Source: Ginglymostoma cirratum | Lineage: Eukaryota | DNA: 64,000 bases | Assembly: GCA_024137785.1 (NCBI GenBank) | Contig: JAHRHZ010000004.1 | Coordinates: 24,349,432 to 24,413,431, forward strand | Reading direction: 5' to 3' | Part shown: positions 1 to 11,849 of the stretch, in pieces | How positions within the stretch are numbered: position 1 is the first letter of the stretch | How the letters are laid out: each line of letters starts with the position of its first letter | Translations under genes and position numbers: made by a program | Notes under the pieces: model-generated | The model's database searches: none | What the model saw: the letters and a program-made list of their open reading frames with translations, nothing else | Told to the model about the DNA's origin: nothing

Positions 1-483
1 GCGTGAGGGCCAGAGAGTGTGAGGGTCCACAATCTGATGAGCACCTCACCGCGACAGCTCTGCAGCTGGCCGAGGAAGGCGCACTCCAGGTCGCTGGCAC
101 TCGGAGGCCTGCCAGGGACTGGGCACCTGCTCAGGCCCAGGCAGGAGAGGGCCCTGTGGTGTCAGTAACCGGGGACTCCACCCACATGCACAGGGAGGGA
201 CAGGAGCAGCAGGCAGGGATGTGGGAGGGCATTGGTCCTCACTGCCCAGAAGCTGCAGCAGTGCAGCTACACCATAGGGACATCTGGCTCCCTCCATGGA
301 CAGGTTGGCCCATGCCATGAAGAGACTGGTCTATCACCCTTAGGGGTGCTCAGCATCGAGCTTGTTTGATGCAATTGGTAAGATAGTAAGCTGAACATGA
401 ATGAGGCATTTAACAAGCTATAATCCCCCTTAATTGGCAACTGGCTGCTGCCTCGAGAGAAACCCACCTCACCAAATGTTATA

Positions 484-580
484 TAGAATCATTGAATCCC
501 TCCATGTGGAAACAGGCCCTTCGGCCCAACATGTCCACACTGACACTTGGAGCATCCCACCATAACCCATCCCCCTATAT
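484..580 (-). mobile_element. HE1-type SINE, 3' tail fragment
   Basis: agaatc..tgtggaaacaggcccttcggcccaaca..gagcatccca..atccccctata matches the 3' part of the copy at 16629-16949. Confidence 0.8.
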
Positions 581-718
581 AAATGATGTATAAACAAATT
601 CCTCACAATGTTGAGATGGGCCTCACTGGAATAGCCACTCAATTCTGCCACAAAACTCACCATGTTGCTCTAGTCCCTATGTGATTCCTCCCATCATAAC
701 TAGATTGAACTTACTGAG

Positions 719-920
719 AGATAGCAGGAATCTACAGGAGTCAGAATCTATACAGTGTGGAGCTGGAGTTACACAGCAAGTCAGGCAGCTTCAGAGGAGC
801 AGAAAAGTTGACGTTTCGGGTCAGGATCCTTCAGAGGGGTCCCAAGCCGAAATGTCAACTTTCCTGCTCCTCTGATGCTGCCTGACCTGGTGTGGTCCTC
901 CAGCTTCACACTGTATTGAC
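719..920 (-). mobile_element. Short fold-back Penelope-derived insert
   Basis: Inverted arms about 751-832 and 836-915; flanked by 14-bp TSD ttgaacttactgag (705-718) / ttgaccttactgag (921-934); sequence shared with the 3' ends of Penelope copies. Confidence 0.8.
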
Positions 921-2204
921 TTGACCTTACTGAGGTTAATTGGGAGATAGTTCAAACCATTTTTGACCTGCAGACCATTGCGGAGGTTTCACTGTATTGT
1001 TGCCTTAAAGTGAATCTCCTTCTTTACAATTACGTACAAGGGATGGTACATTTTTTAGTTGTTATTTAAACCCCTACAAACTCCGCCCTTACTAACTACA
1101 GTACCCTACGATGCACCCACCCAGACAGTAATGTGTGCTGTTAAAGTACCTCCTTCATCAGTATTGATCTTATTTAATTTCTCTATTACCTCCTCTTTTC
1201 CTGTGACATTGCAGCATCCATTTCCTTCACGAAGGTAGGTGAAAGTATTGATTTCACATCCCACCCTGTTTTCTGGGGAACCAGAATACAGTTATTTCTT
1301 TCTGCTAGGTAGTCCCTTTCAGAAAGTTGTACGTTCAGTCCTCACTTTTATATAATTTTATATTTTTGATAGTTCAATGGGAAAACACATTGCAATTAAG
1401 AAGCAGAGTCGGTGGAAATATAGATCTCTCTCCACAAACGGGCTTTTAAGGACCAAGAGAAGCAGAACTCAGGCGCGACACTGCCACTACTGGGGGAAAG
1501 GTGTGATTACAGCATGACAAGGGTTTGTGGATAATATCAGCTATGAACATGAACTTCGGAATTTGTAACTTAAAGATGAAATAGCTGTAACAAAGACATG
1601 ACAACAGGAAGCAATGATTTGTAAGTAGGGTGTTCATGCAGCTGTGTTCCTTGTATTAAGGACTTCTGCCACTGAGCTGCTGAGGATAAGACTTTTTTCT
1701 TCATTACGAACATGAAGCATGTCAAGTGCAGGCATGTGGTACTGTAAAGGAAGAAAGATATACTTACGTAGCACCTTTCAGGCCTCCAGGATGTACCAAA
1801 GACGTTTGCTGCCAATTCAATATTTTCAAAGTGTAGTCCTTCCTATAACGCAGGTTTGAATTATTTTACGGGTACAATATCTAATTGTGTTATTCAATTC
1901 TGGCCAAATTTATGCATCTCTGAATGCAGGGATTGTTAGCATCTTGTCTGCAGAGTGGTTTGTCCACAAAGAGGTTTTTTTTGGCTTTAAAAATGAATGG
2001 GATTGAAAAGTAGAGTGTGCCATTTGAAACACGATGGAGAAAATTGTGATGGAAGGTCAATGTATGCTGAATATATCGACAAATGATGTCTGATGGATAT
2101 CTCACAGATATATATGTTGGGTATCAATAGACTGTTTAATCCAATTGATATACTTTTTTAATAATAAAGCAGACGTGTAATATTTTGCTGAGGTGAGAGA
2201 TTAA

Positions 2205-2594
2205 TTTTTCTTCTGCTGCTCAGACAGTCCCTTGGGATTGAGAATGACCCCATATGGGTCTGAAGGGATTAAACAGTCCGATGCTGGACCTCGCACACCC
2301 TGCCACAAGGGCGGGGTGGAGAGTTGTGGCTGAAGAGGTAGGTGTGTGGGATGCTCAGATTTTCACATGTTTCCAAACCACTGGCTGCAGTGTTTTGCAT
2401 TTCTGACATTCTGCAATTTCTTACACCAGTCTGACTGTGAAAATTGTGTCCACTGTGCCTATTGATGGACAGAATCTGCATAGTCACCCCGGGAAGTGCC
2501 CTTCTGTCACTAGGAAGAGGTGATTGAGGAGAATGTTTGAAATCACCTGCCCTGACTGACAGCAAGGAGACCCCTCTATAGGAACCGCAGTTTC
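2205..2594 (-). mobile_element. RTE-clade LINE, RT fragment plus 3' tail (part 3 of a split element)
   Basis: Minus translation CGSYRGVSLLSV..ISNILLNHL..FCPSIGTVDTIFTVR resembles RTE RT (CGNYRGISLLS..GTVDMIF); RTE-like tail ggtcattctcaatcccaagggactg near 2225-2250. Confidence 0.8.
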
Positions 2595-5352
2595 TTTTTT
2601 ATTCATTTGTGGGATGTGGGCGTCGCTGGCTGGCCAGTTTTATGTGTTGTTGGGGCTGCACCCATCCAGGCAAGTGGGGGTTATTCCATCACACTCCTGA
2701 CTTGTGCCTTGCAGATGGCAAATAGGCTTTGGGGAATCAGGATGTGGGTTACTCACTGCAGTATTCCCACTTCTGACCTGCTCTTGTCGCCACTGTGTTT
2801 ACGTGATGAGTCCAGTTGACTTTCTGCTCAGTGATAACCCACAGGGTTCAGTGATGGTAACACCATTGAATGTCAAGGGGTGGCGGTTAGATTGTCTCTT
2901 ACTGGTGATGGTCATAGCCTGGCATTTGTGTGGCACGATTGTCACTTGCCAGTTGTCAGCTCAAGCCTGGATATTGTCCGAATCTTGTTGCATTTGAACA
3001 TGCACTGCTTCAGTGTCTGAGGAGTCATTGAATGGTGCTCATCATGGTGGAGGAAGGTCATTGATGAAGCAGCTGAAGCTGATTGGGCCTAGGACACTAC
3101 CCTGAGGAACTCCTGCAGAGATATCTTGGAGCTGAGATGACTGACATCCAAAAACCACAAGCATCTTCCTCTGTGTCCAACCACTGGAGAGTTTGCCCTT
3201 GATACCCATTGATTCCAGATTTGCTAGGGTTCCTCATTGCCACACTTCAGCGAATGCAGCCTTGATATCAAGGGCTGTCACTCTCACCTCACCTCTAGAA
3301 TTCAGCTCTTTTGTCTGTGTTTGGACCAAGGCTGTAATGAGGTCAGGAGCTGAGTGGCCCTGGTGGAACCCAAACTGGGCATCACTGAGCAGGTTATTGC
3401 TGAGCAGGTGCTGCTTGATAGCACTGTTGATGGCATCATCCATCACTTTACTGATGATCAACAGTAGACTGATGGGGCGGTAATTGCCAGGTTATATTTG
3501 TCCTGCTTTTTATGTTCAGGACATGCCTGGGTAATTTTTCACATTGTTGTGCAGATGCCAGTGTTGTAACTGTACTGGAAGAGCTTGGCTAGGGGAGTAG
3601 CAAATTCTGAAGCACGAGTCTTTAAGGGCCCGTAGCCTTTACAGTATCCAGTGTCTCAGACTGTTTCTTGATGTCACGTGGAGTGAATCGAAATGGCTGA
3701 AGACTGGTACCTGTAATGCTGGGGACCACTGGAGGATGCCGAGATGCATCATCCACTCAGTATTTCTGGCTGAAGATTGCTCTGAATGCTTCAATCTTAT
3801 CTTTTGCACTGATGTGTTCAGCTCTTCCATCATTGAGGATGTAGATATTTGAGGAGCCTCCTCCTCCAGTGAGTTGTTTAATTGTCCACCACCATTCACG
3901 ACTGGATGTGGCAGGACTACAGAGCTTAGATCTGATCTGTTGGTTGTGGGATCCCTTAGCTCTGTCTATCATTTGCTCCATATGCTGTTTGGCATGCAAG
4001 TAGTCCTGTTTGGTAGCTTTACCAGGTTGACACGCCATCTTCAGGTCTGCCTAGTGCTGCTGCTGGCATCCCCTCCTGCATTGGCTTGATGATATGGTTG
4101 AATGGGGGATATGCCAGGCCATAAGATTACAGATTGGGCTGGAGTACAATTCTGCTCCTGTTGATGGCCTACAGCACCTCATGGATGCTCAGTATTGATT
4201 TGCTAGATCTGTTTGAAGTCTGTCCCATTTAGCACGGTGATAGTGCCACACAACACGCTGGAGGTTATTTTCAATATGAAGGTAGGACTTCGTCTCCACA
4301 AGGACTGTGCGATAGTCACTCTTACCGATACCGTCATGGACAGATGCAACTGCAGCTGGCAGATTGGTAAGGATGGGGTCAAGTTTTTCCCTCTTGTTGG
4401 TTCCCTCACCACCTGCTGCAGACACCAGTCTAGCAGCTATGTCCGTTAGGACCCAACCAGCTCGATCAGTAGTATAGCTGCCGAGCCACTCTTAGTGGTG
4501 GACATTGAAATTCCCACACTCATAGTATATTTTGTGCCCTTGCCAGCCTCAGTGCTTCCTCTAAGTGTTGAAGAAGCGCATGAAGAAGTACAGGTTCACC
4601 AGCTGAGGGAGGATAGTTTGAGGTAATTGTCAGGAGGTTTCCTTGCCCATGTTTAACCTGAAGCCGTGAGACTTCATGGAGCCAGGTCAGTATTGAGAAC
4701 TCCCAAAGCAACTCCCTCCTGACTATATACCACTGTGTCACCACCTCTACTGGGTCTGTCCTGCCAGTGAGATAGGACATATCCAGGGATGGTGATGGTG
4801 GTGTCTGGGACATTGTCTGTAAGGTACGATTCTGTGAGTATGACCATGTCAGGCTGTTACTTGACTAGTCTGTGAGACAGCTCTCCCAATTTTGACACTA
4901 GCCCCCAGATGTTGGTGAGGAGGACTTTTCAGGGTTGACAGGACTGTTTCTGTCATAGTCTTTTCCAGTGCCTAGGTCGATCTGTCAGGTGATCCATCTG
5001 ATTTTAGTTCTTTGAGACCTAGTAGCAAATGGTACAACTAAATGGCTTGCTATGTCAATTCTGAGGGCAATTGAGAGTCAACCACATTTCTGGGGTCTGG
5101 AGTCACATGTAGGCCAAATTAACCAAGGATGGCAGTTTCCTTTCCTGAAGGCATTCGTGAACCAGATGGGTTTTCTTTCCCAACAGTCACCAATAATTTC
5201 ATGGTCATCAATAGATTCTTAATTCCAGATTTTATTTTGTCTTGAATTGTCTTTAGTCATGGCAGGATTCGAACCCAGGTCTGTAGAACATTAGCTATGT
5301 TCCTGGACTAACAATCTTGTGATAATACCACTGGGACACCACCTTACCTTAA
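2595..5352 (-). mobile_element. Decayed CR1/L2-group LINE (endonuclease + RT) with tRNA-derived 5' head and no ORF1
   Basis: EN start LLTNIWGL..PDMVILTESYL (~4925-4820); TRGKNL and GKSDY motifs; RT QFGFHQGHSAPDL, ALDIKAAF, GVPQGSVLGP..FINDLP; catalytic xADD segment deleted; B box at 5265-5275; stops and frameshifts. Confidence 0.9.
5265..5338 (-). promoter_or_regulatory. Pol III type-2 internal promoter (A and B boxes) of the LINE head
   Basis: Minus strand tgtcccagtgg (A-box-like, 5338-5328) and ggttcgaatcc (consensus B box, 5275-5265). Confidence 0.7.
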
Positions 5353-6180
5353 AGTTTCATCTCTTTTCTTGAAGATGGTCACAATCATAGCACTTTGGAG
5401 ATCTCCTGGTATGCTTTCCTCCTTCCATATAAAGAAGATGATGTCATACGTTTCTACCAAGAGAGCGTCTGTACAATATTCCAGTCTTTTGGTGAGGATT
5501 CCATCAACACTGGCAGCCTTGATGGTTCTCAGCCAACAGGTGGCCTTTCCAACCTCATGTCTGTCTGAGGTTATGCTGCAATGGTGGTAAGGTAATATGA
5601 TGTGGGATATGGCCAAATGTAACCACATCAAGGGCTGAGTCTTGGTTGGGGAGATGCTCAAATTGCTCCTTCTAATGAGTTCTGAATGACTGCCTGTCTT
5701 TGATGAGTGCCTCTCCATTCTTCCCTCTCAGTGGGATATGCCCTAGGCTGATCGGACCATCGATAATACTAACTGCTGATGAATGGGCAACGTTCTTGTA
5801 GACAAGTTATTTAATTTCCTGCATTCTTTCCTCCCACCATCTGTTCTTTATGTCATTGGATTTTTTTTTCCCATTGGACCTCATTTGCCAGTAGAGCTGC
5901 TTGCTTTCCCTTGCGTTGTGATGGTGTTTTTGCAGCTGCTGACGTTTTTGGGTGGGCTGATGGTGGTAGTCGCCTGGATTAGGTGATGGCTGGTCTGACA
6001 GTCATCAGCTCCTGTCATTGCACAGGTGACGTGAACATCCTTGTGATCCCTCGCTTGGATGAAGGTAGTGTTGTCACAACAGACTCGAGTAGCAGGAGTT
6101 GAGAGTGTTGCCATGAGGCCCTGAATTTTTCTCTCTGACAAATAGAGTATTTGTTCTGCCCAGACCATAGTGGCAGTTTG
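5353..6180 (-). mobile_element. RTE-clade LINE ORF fragment (part 2)
   Basis: KAASVDGI..IWKEESIPGDLQSAMIVTIFKKRD and GADDCQTSHHLI (RTE GADCWTDHRLI-like). Confidence 0.85.
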
Positions 6181-6199
6181 ATCAGGAGGAGAACCACAA

Positions 6200-7565
6200 T
6201 AACGTAGAAGATAGGAGCCAGAGTAGGCCATTCGACACCTTGAGCCTGCTCCGCCATTCAATATGGCTGATCATCGAGCTCAATACCCTAATCTCACCCA
6301 CCCCTATACCCGTTGATTCCTTTAGCCACAAGAACAAATCTACCTCCTTGCTGAAAGCACATAATGTTTTGGCCTCAACTACTTTCTGTGGAAGTGAATT
6401 CCACAGCTCACCACTCTCTGGGTGAATAAATTTCTCCTCATCTCAGTCCTAAAAGGTTCACTCCTTATCCTTAAACTAAAACCCCTGATTCTGGACTCCA
6501 CCACCATTGGGAACATCCTTCCTGCGTCTAACCTGTCTAGTCTTGTTACAATTTTATAAGTTTATATCAAATTCCTACCTCCACCCCCATTCATTTCAAC
6601 TCTAGTGAACACAATCCTGACTGAATCAATTTCTCCTCATACACCATCTCAGATAAACCTTCACTGCATTTCCTCTACAGCAAGAATAATCTTCCTCAGA
6701 TGGAGTGACCAAAACTATACACAATATTCTAGGTGTGGCCACACCAAGGCCCTGTATAATTGCAGTAAGTCATCCTTGTTCCTGCACTTGAATCCTCTTG
6801 CTAGAGGTTTGCATTCTCACCTCCCTGCTGTACCTGCGCACTTACTTTCAGCAATTGGTGCACGAGGACGCCCAGGTCTTGTTGAACATTCCCCTCTCTC
6901 AATTTGCAGCCATTCAAAGTGGATAACCTCACATTTATCCATATTATACTGCATCTGCCATAGGATTGCCTCCCACTCAGCCTGTCCAAATCACATTGCA
7001 ACGTTGCTGCATCCTCCTTACAGCTGACCCTTCCACCCAGCCTGATGTCATCTGCAAATTTTGAGATATAACATTTTGTTCCCTTGTCTAAATCATTAAC
7101 ATATATTGGGAAAAGCTAGAATGCTGGCACAGATTCCTGCAGTATCCCCACTAGTCACTGCCTGCCATTCAGGAAAAGACCCATGTATTTCTACCCTTTG
7201 CTTCCTGTCTGCTAACTAATTTTCTCTCCATCTCAATATGCTACACCAATCACATTAGTTTTACACATTAATCTCTTTTGTGGGATTTTGCCAAAAGCCT
7301 TCTGAAAGTCCAAACAAATTGCATCCATTGATTCACCTGATCAACTCTGCTGCTTACATCTGCAAAGAATTCCAACAGATTTGTCAAACATGATTTTCCT
7401 TTTGTAAATCCATATGACTATGCCTAATTCTATGAATATTTTTAAGTGCTGTGCTACAAAGTTCTTGATAATGGACTTTAGCATCTTCCCCACTACCGAC
7501 GTCAGACTCACTGGCCTATAGCTCCCGGTTTTCTCTCTACCTCCACTTTTTAAATAGTGAGGTTA
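6200..7565 (-). mobile_element. CR1/HER1-type LINE fragment nested in the RTE element
   Basis: LQCDLDRL, QQDLGVLVH motifs; FADD-like (tcatctgcaaa); typical CR1 3' tail at 6200-6280. Confidence 0.9.
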
Positions 7566-7619
7566 CACTCCATTGGTGTTTGCCTTGCTTATAGCTTCCT
7601 TACCAGTCATGTATTCCTC

Positions 7620-8220
7620 ACAACTCTGGCATTGAAATCACTAAGGAGAATGAACTTGTTTCCCTTTGGGTTACAGGACAACGATAGGAGTATAACCCTC
7701 TTGGGTCACGTCCACAGTTGCTCCTAGGCCCAGGGAGGATGCACTGACAGTTGCGGTGTACTGATTCTGCATTATCATGAGTCAAAGAGTCATGAGACAC
7801 TTATTTATACAAATAGGGGTAGCGCGGCTCACTGAGATGGTCAACTAGCCTGTTTTTTTATGGTGAAACCAATCCCATGGAGATAGCATTCTTCCTCAGG
7901 TTTACCTTTCCGAACGAATGTGTATCCAACTCCTTGTTCTTTTAGCTGACCTTCTCCTGCTGCCAGGTCTCACTCAGGACAATATTGTCAACACCATAAT
8001 GCTGGCGTTCCCGAGCTATGGTAACGGTGTAACTCACAGATCTGTCACTGCTGGGGATGTTCATGTGTTTGCTGAAATTCCACTTCCCAAACTTCATTTT
8101 TGAGGGGATGAAGGTTCTTTGTGTTTGGGTTCTTTAACATGGGGGAGCTGGTGCCCACCAACTACCACATGGTGCTGGCAGAGCCAAGTTTGTGTCCCAT
8201 GGCAGGGAAGGTTGAAAAGA
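7620..8220 (-). mobile_element. RTE-clade LINE 5' part, endonuclease N-terminus (part 1)
   Basis: Minus translation MKFGKWNF..IARERQHYGVDNIVLSETW..QLKEQGVGYTFVRKGKPEEECYLHGIGFTIK, typical of the RTE APE domain. Confidence 0.85.
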
Positions 8221-8248
8221 TTAGACTGTATTGCTTGGTTGAGGATTA

Positions 8249-8920
8249 ACACACACAAACNNNNNNNNNNNNNNNNNNNNNNNNNNNNNNNNNNNNNNNN
8301 NNNNNNNNNNNNNNNNNNNNNNNNNNNNNNNNNNNNNNNNNNNNNNNNNNNNNNNNNNNNNNNNNNNNNNNNNNNNNNNNNNNNNNNNNNNNNNNNNNNN
8401 NNNNNNNNNNNNNNNNNNNNNNNNNNNNNNNNNNNNNNNNNNNNNNNNNNNNNNNNNNNNNNNNNNNNNNNNNNNNNNNNNNNNNNNNNNNNNNNNNNNN
8501 NNNNNNNNNNNNNNNNNNNNNNNNNNNNNNNNNNNNNNNNNNNNNNNNNNNNNNNNNNNNNNNNNNNNNNNNNNNNNNNNNNNNNNNNNNNNNNNNNNNN
8601 NNNNNNNNNNNNNNNNNNNNNNNNNNNNNNNNNNNNNNNNNNNNNNNCACACACTCACATAGACACAAACATACACACACATACACACACACACACACAG
8701 ACAGACACAAACATACACACACACACAGACANNNNNNNNNNNNNNNNNNNNNNNNNNNNNNNNNNNNNNNNNNNNNNNNNNNNNNNNNNNNNNNNNNNNN
8801 NNNNNNNNNNNNNNNNNNNNNNNNNNNNNNNNNNNNNNNNNNNNNNNNNNNNNNNNNNNNNNNNNNNNNNNNNNNNNNNNNNNNNNNNNNNNNNNNNNNN
8901 NNNNNNNNNNNNNNNNNNNN
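8249..8920. repeat. CA-rich microsatellite with two assembly gaps (N 8261-8647 and 8732-8920)
   Basis: Imperfect (CA)n either side of and between N runs. Confidence 0.95.
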
Positions 8921-9249
8921 NACCACCCCAAGTACACCCCATCCCACCCTGAGAGCCTGCTGTATATTATAGATATACAATCTGGATTTATTGACATAAA
9001 CATCCATGAGACATGCTGTTTTTATAATAAGACAGGCACGTAATATTTTGGCAAGGTGAAAGAGATTAATTAGCGAGCACACCACCAACAGCTTGCTCCT
9101 GGTAAGCCTCAGGCTTCATTGATAAAATGTATGTGTACCTTTTTGAAAATTCCCATCACGGAGCAAGGAATTTGAATACATTCCTTGATATTATGCGCAC
9201 AAAGATATAGCTTCCCAATGGGTCAGTAACTATGCTGTTGGAGTGTTCT

Positions 9250-9545
9250 AGGAACATAGAATAAAGCAACAGGAGTGGGCCATTCAGCTCTTCAAGTCTG
9301 CTTGCCATTCAATGAAACCCATGGCTGATTTTCTATCTCAATGCCATTTTCACATATTATCCCCATAACCCTTGATATCTTTAATAACTAGAAATCTAGG
9401 CATTGATCCAGCGCAGCCCTCAGAAGTACAGAATTCCACAATTTACTATCCTTTGAAGAAACTCCTCCTTAACTCAGTTCTAAAAGTACTTCCTCTTATT
9501 GTGAGACTGTGGGGCCCAATTCCAGACCTTCCCCTCCAGCCAGAA
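9250..9545 (-). mobile_element. CR1-type LINE 3' tail fragment
   Basis: aggagtgggccattcagc..gccattcaat..catggctgat, similar to 6215-6275. Confidence 0.7.
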
Positions 9546-9558
9546 CACGTAATGATCA

Positions 9559-9792
9559 GATAAAAACCGAAAGAACTGCGGAGGCTGTAAATCAGGAACA
9601 AAAGCAGAAGTTGCTGGAAAAGCTGAGCAGGCCTGGCAGCATCTGTGAAGAAAAAGTCAGAGTTAACGTTTCGGGTCTGGTGACCTTTCCTCAGTTCTGG
9701 GAAGGGTCAACGAACCTGAAACACTAACTCTCATTTTTTCTTCACAGATGCTGCCAGACCTGCTGAGATTTTCCAGCAACTTCTACTTTTGC
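9559..9792. mobile_element. Palindromic Penelope-derived insert with two opposed hammerhead-like motifs
   Basis: Arms about 9598-9693 and 9697-9791 are reverse complements; weak TSD aatgatcag/aatgaccag. Confidence 0.8.
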
Positions 9793-10017
9793 AGTCAATG
9801 ACCAGGAAGTTTTTACCCTTGATCTATACTGAGTAACCAGATCTCAGGCAGATAACAATAGATCCTCAGAATCCCTGGTCCAGAGAAGAGAGAGAAAGAG
9901 AAAGAGGAGAGCCAAATAAAGCCAAGACTCACATTTGGTTCCTTCTGGTTGAAGCAGGACCTTATGTTATGTCAGAGCAGTGAAGGCAAAAGCTGAACAG
10001 AGCCTCCATTCAGACTG

Positions 10018-10680
10018 AGTCATAGAGTCATAGAGATATACAGCACAGAAACAGACCCTTCGGTCCAACTCGTTCATGCCAACCAGATATCCTAAATTAA
10101 TCTAGTCCCATTTGATAGCATTTGGCCCATGTTTCTCTAAATCCTTCCTATTCGTATACCCATCCAGATGCTTTTTAAATGCTGTTATTGTGCTAGCCTC
10201 CACCACCTCCTCTGGCAGTTCATCCCATACACTCACCACCCTCTGAGTGAAAAGGTTGCCCTTTATGTCCATTTTAAATCTTTCCCCTCTTACCTTAACC
10301 CCATGCTGTCTAGTTTTGCACTACCCTACCCTGAGAAAAAGACCTTAGCTATCCATGGCCCTCATGGTTTTATAAACCTCTATCAGGTTACCCCTTAGCC
10401 TCTGCTGCTTTAGGGAAAATAGCCCCAGCCTGTTCAACATTTCCCTATAGCTCAAACCCTCCAATTTGGGCAACATCCCTGTAAATCTTTTCTGAACCAT
10501 TTCAAGTTGAACAGCATTTTTCCTATAGCTGGGAGACAAAAAGTGGCCTAACCAATGTCCAGTACAACCACAACATGACCTCCCAACTCCTATACTCAAT
10601 GCATTGACCAATAAAGGCAAGTGTACCAGATACCTTCTTCACCACCCTGTCTACCTGTAACTCCACACGTTCAAGGAACT
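10018..10680 (-). mobile_element. CR1/HER1-type LINE 3' end
   Basis: LEMVQKRFTGMLPKLEGLSYREMLNRLGLFSL..LRGNLIEVYK; (gagtcata)n tail. Confidence 0.93.
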
Positions 10681-11429
10681 TCCATCCAAAGACAGCTGGA
10701 TGGTGAGTGTGGGTGAAGGCTGGGTGCTGGTGGGATTTTGTTGTGCTTCTAAAATATTCTGCTGCAGTTCCTGGTTCTGTGAAGACTCTGCCTTAAGCAC
10801 ACAGAGAAAGATGGCCACTTGCAAGGCAGCACCTGCAATTGAACTGAATACTGTAGCCATCAACAGAGCTCGACTGTAATTTTCTTCTGAGCCCTCTTGG
10901 ATTTTGCAGTGAGTAAATCATATTAGTTTTAATGATTTTTTGACGAAAAGATATTGTTGATGCAGTGGTCCTACCAACTGTAGTGTGTTGTTGACTGGGT
11001 AATATATTTAGAAATTTAATTTAGCTTCCCTATTTCCAAGGAGACTATTTTTATGTTAGCTTTTTATCCATTGCAAGGCAAGCTGGCATCAAGGCTGCAA
11101 TCTTCTCTGCTCCTTCTATTGTCTGAAGGCAGAGTTAAAACAGCAGAGAATTCCAGCGGGATTATGAGCCCCAATGTCCAACATTCATCCACCACTGGAT
11201 GAGTTCCTAGGAGAAGGTTACAACTGAAGCTGGAAATGTGTTAGACTCAATCAATGCAATTAGGGCCTCAGTATAGCCAAGAGGCATCTTCTGACCGTGG
11301 TTTTGTGAGTTATTGCTGTGACTGTCACAGCAGGTCCATGAATTACTTACTCCTCACTGAGAGCTAGGTGATGGTACAGTGTAGATGTTCGTCCAAAAGC
11401 CATTCAAATATTCGAGACCCATGAGGTAA

Positions 11430-11532
11430 CAAACAAAAACAGAAAGCACTGGGGAAACTCAGCAGGTCTGGCAGCATCTGTGGAGAGAGAAACAAAGCCA
11501 GTGTTTCGATTCCAGCAACCCTTCTTTAGAAC
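11430..11532 (-). mobile_element. Short Penelope-derived insert
   Basis: aactcagcaggtctggcagcatctgtggagagagaaac shared with 9620-9660 and 40740-40790. Confidence 0.75.
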
Positions 11533-11849
11533 GTGAACTAATAGTGGTGTCAGTGTTTACCTTCCCATCCTCGCAGTGTGATAGACTGGAGTCTCCATCT
11601 CCATGAATGTCACTGGCAGGGGGCTGAATGATCGTGCATGGCAAGTCACTCCACTTCCAATTGGACGAGCCTCCCAAAGCTGTCCCTCTGTTGAGACTCT
11701 TAACATGAGAAGAGTATTCAGCCTGCAGACATCACCACAAAGAAGTGTCCGGCCAAAAACATTGCTGACCCAAGCGCCATCAGGGACCAGAATAGACCAA
11801 ATTCCCGAAAATGTTGTAAGTGCAGAAAATTCCAACCAGTCATAGAGTT

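Noticed and set aside
3-320. GC-rich 105-aa ORF at the window edge
   Set aside because: No recognisable domain or splice signals; may be a DNA-transposon relic but I cannot support a call.
8094-9088. Long ORFs of 95-280 aa
   Set aside because: Artefacts of N runs and CA repeats.
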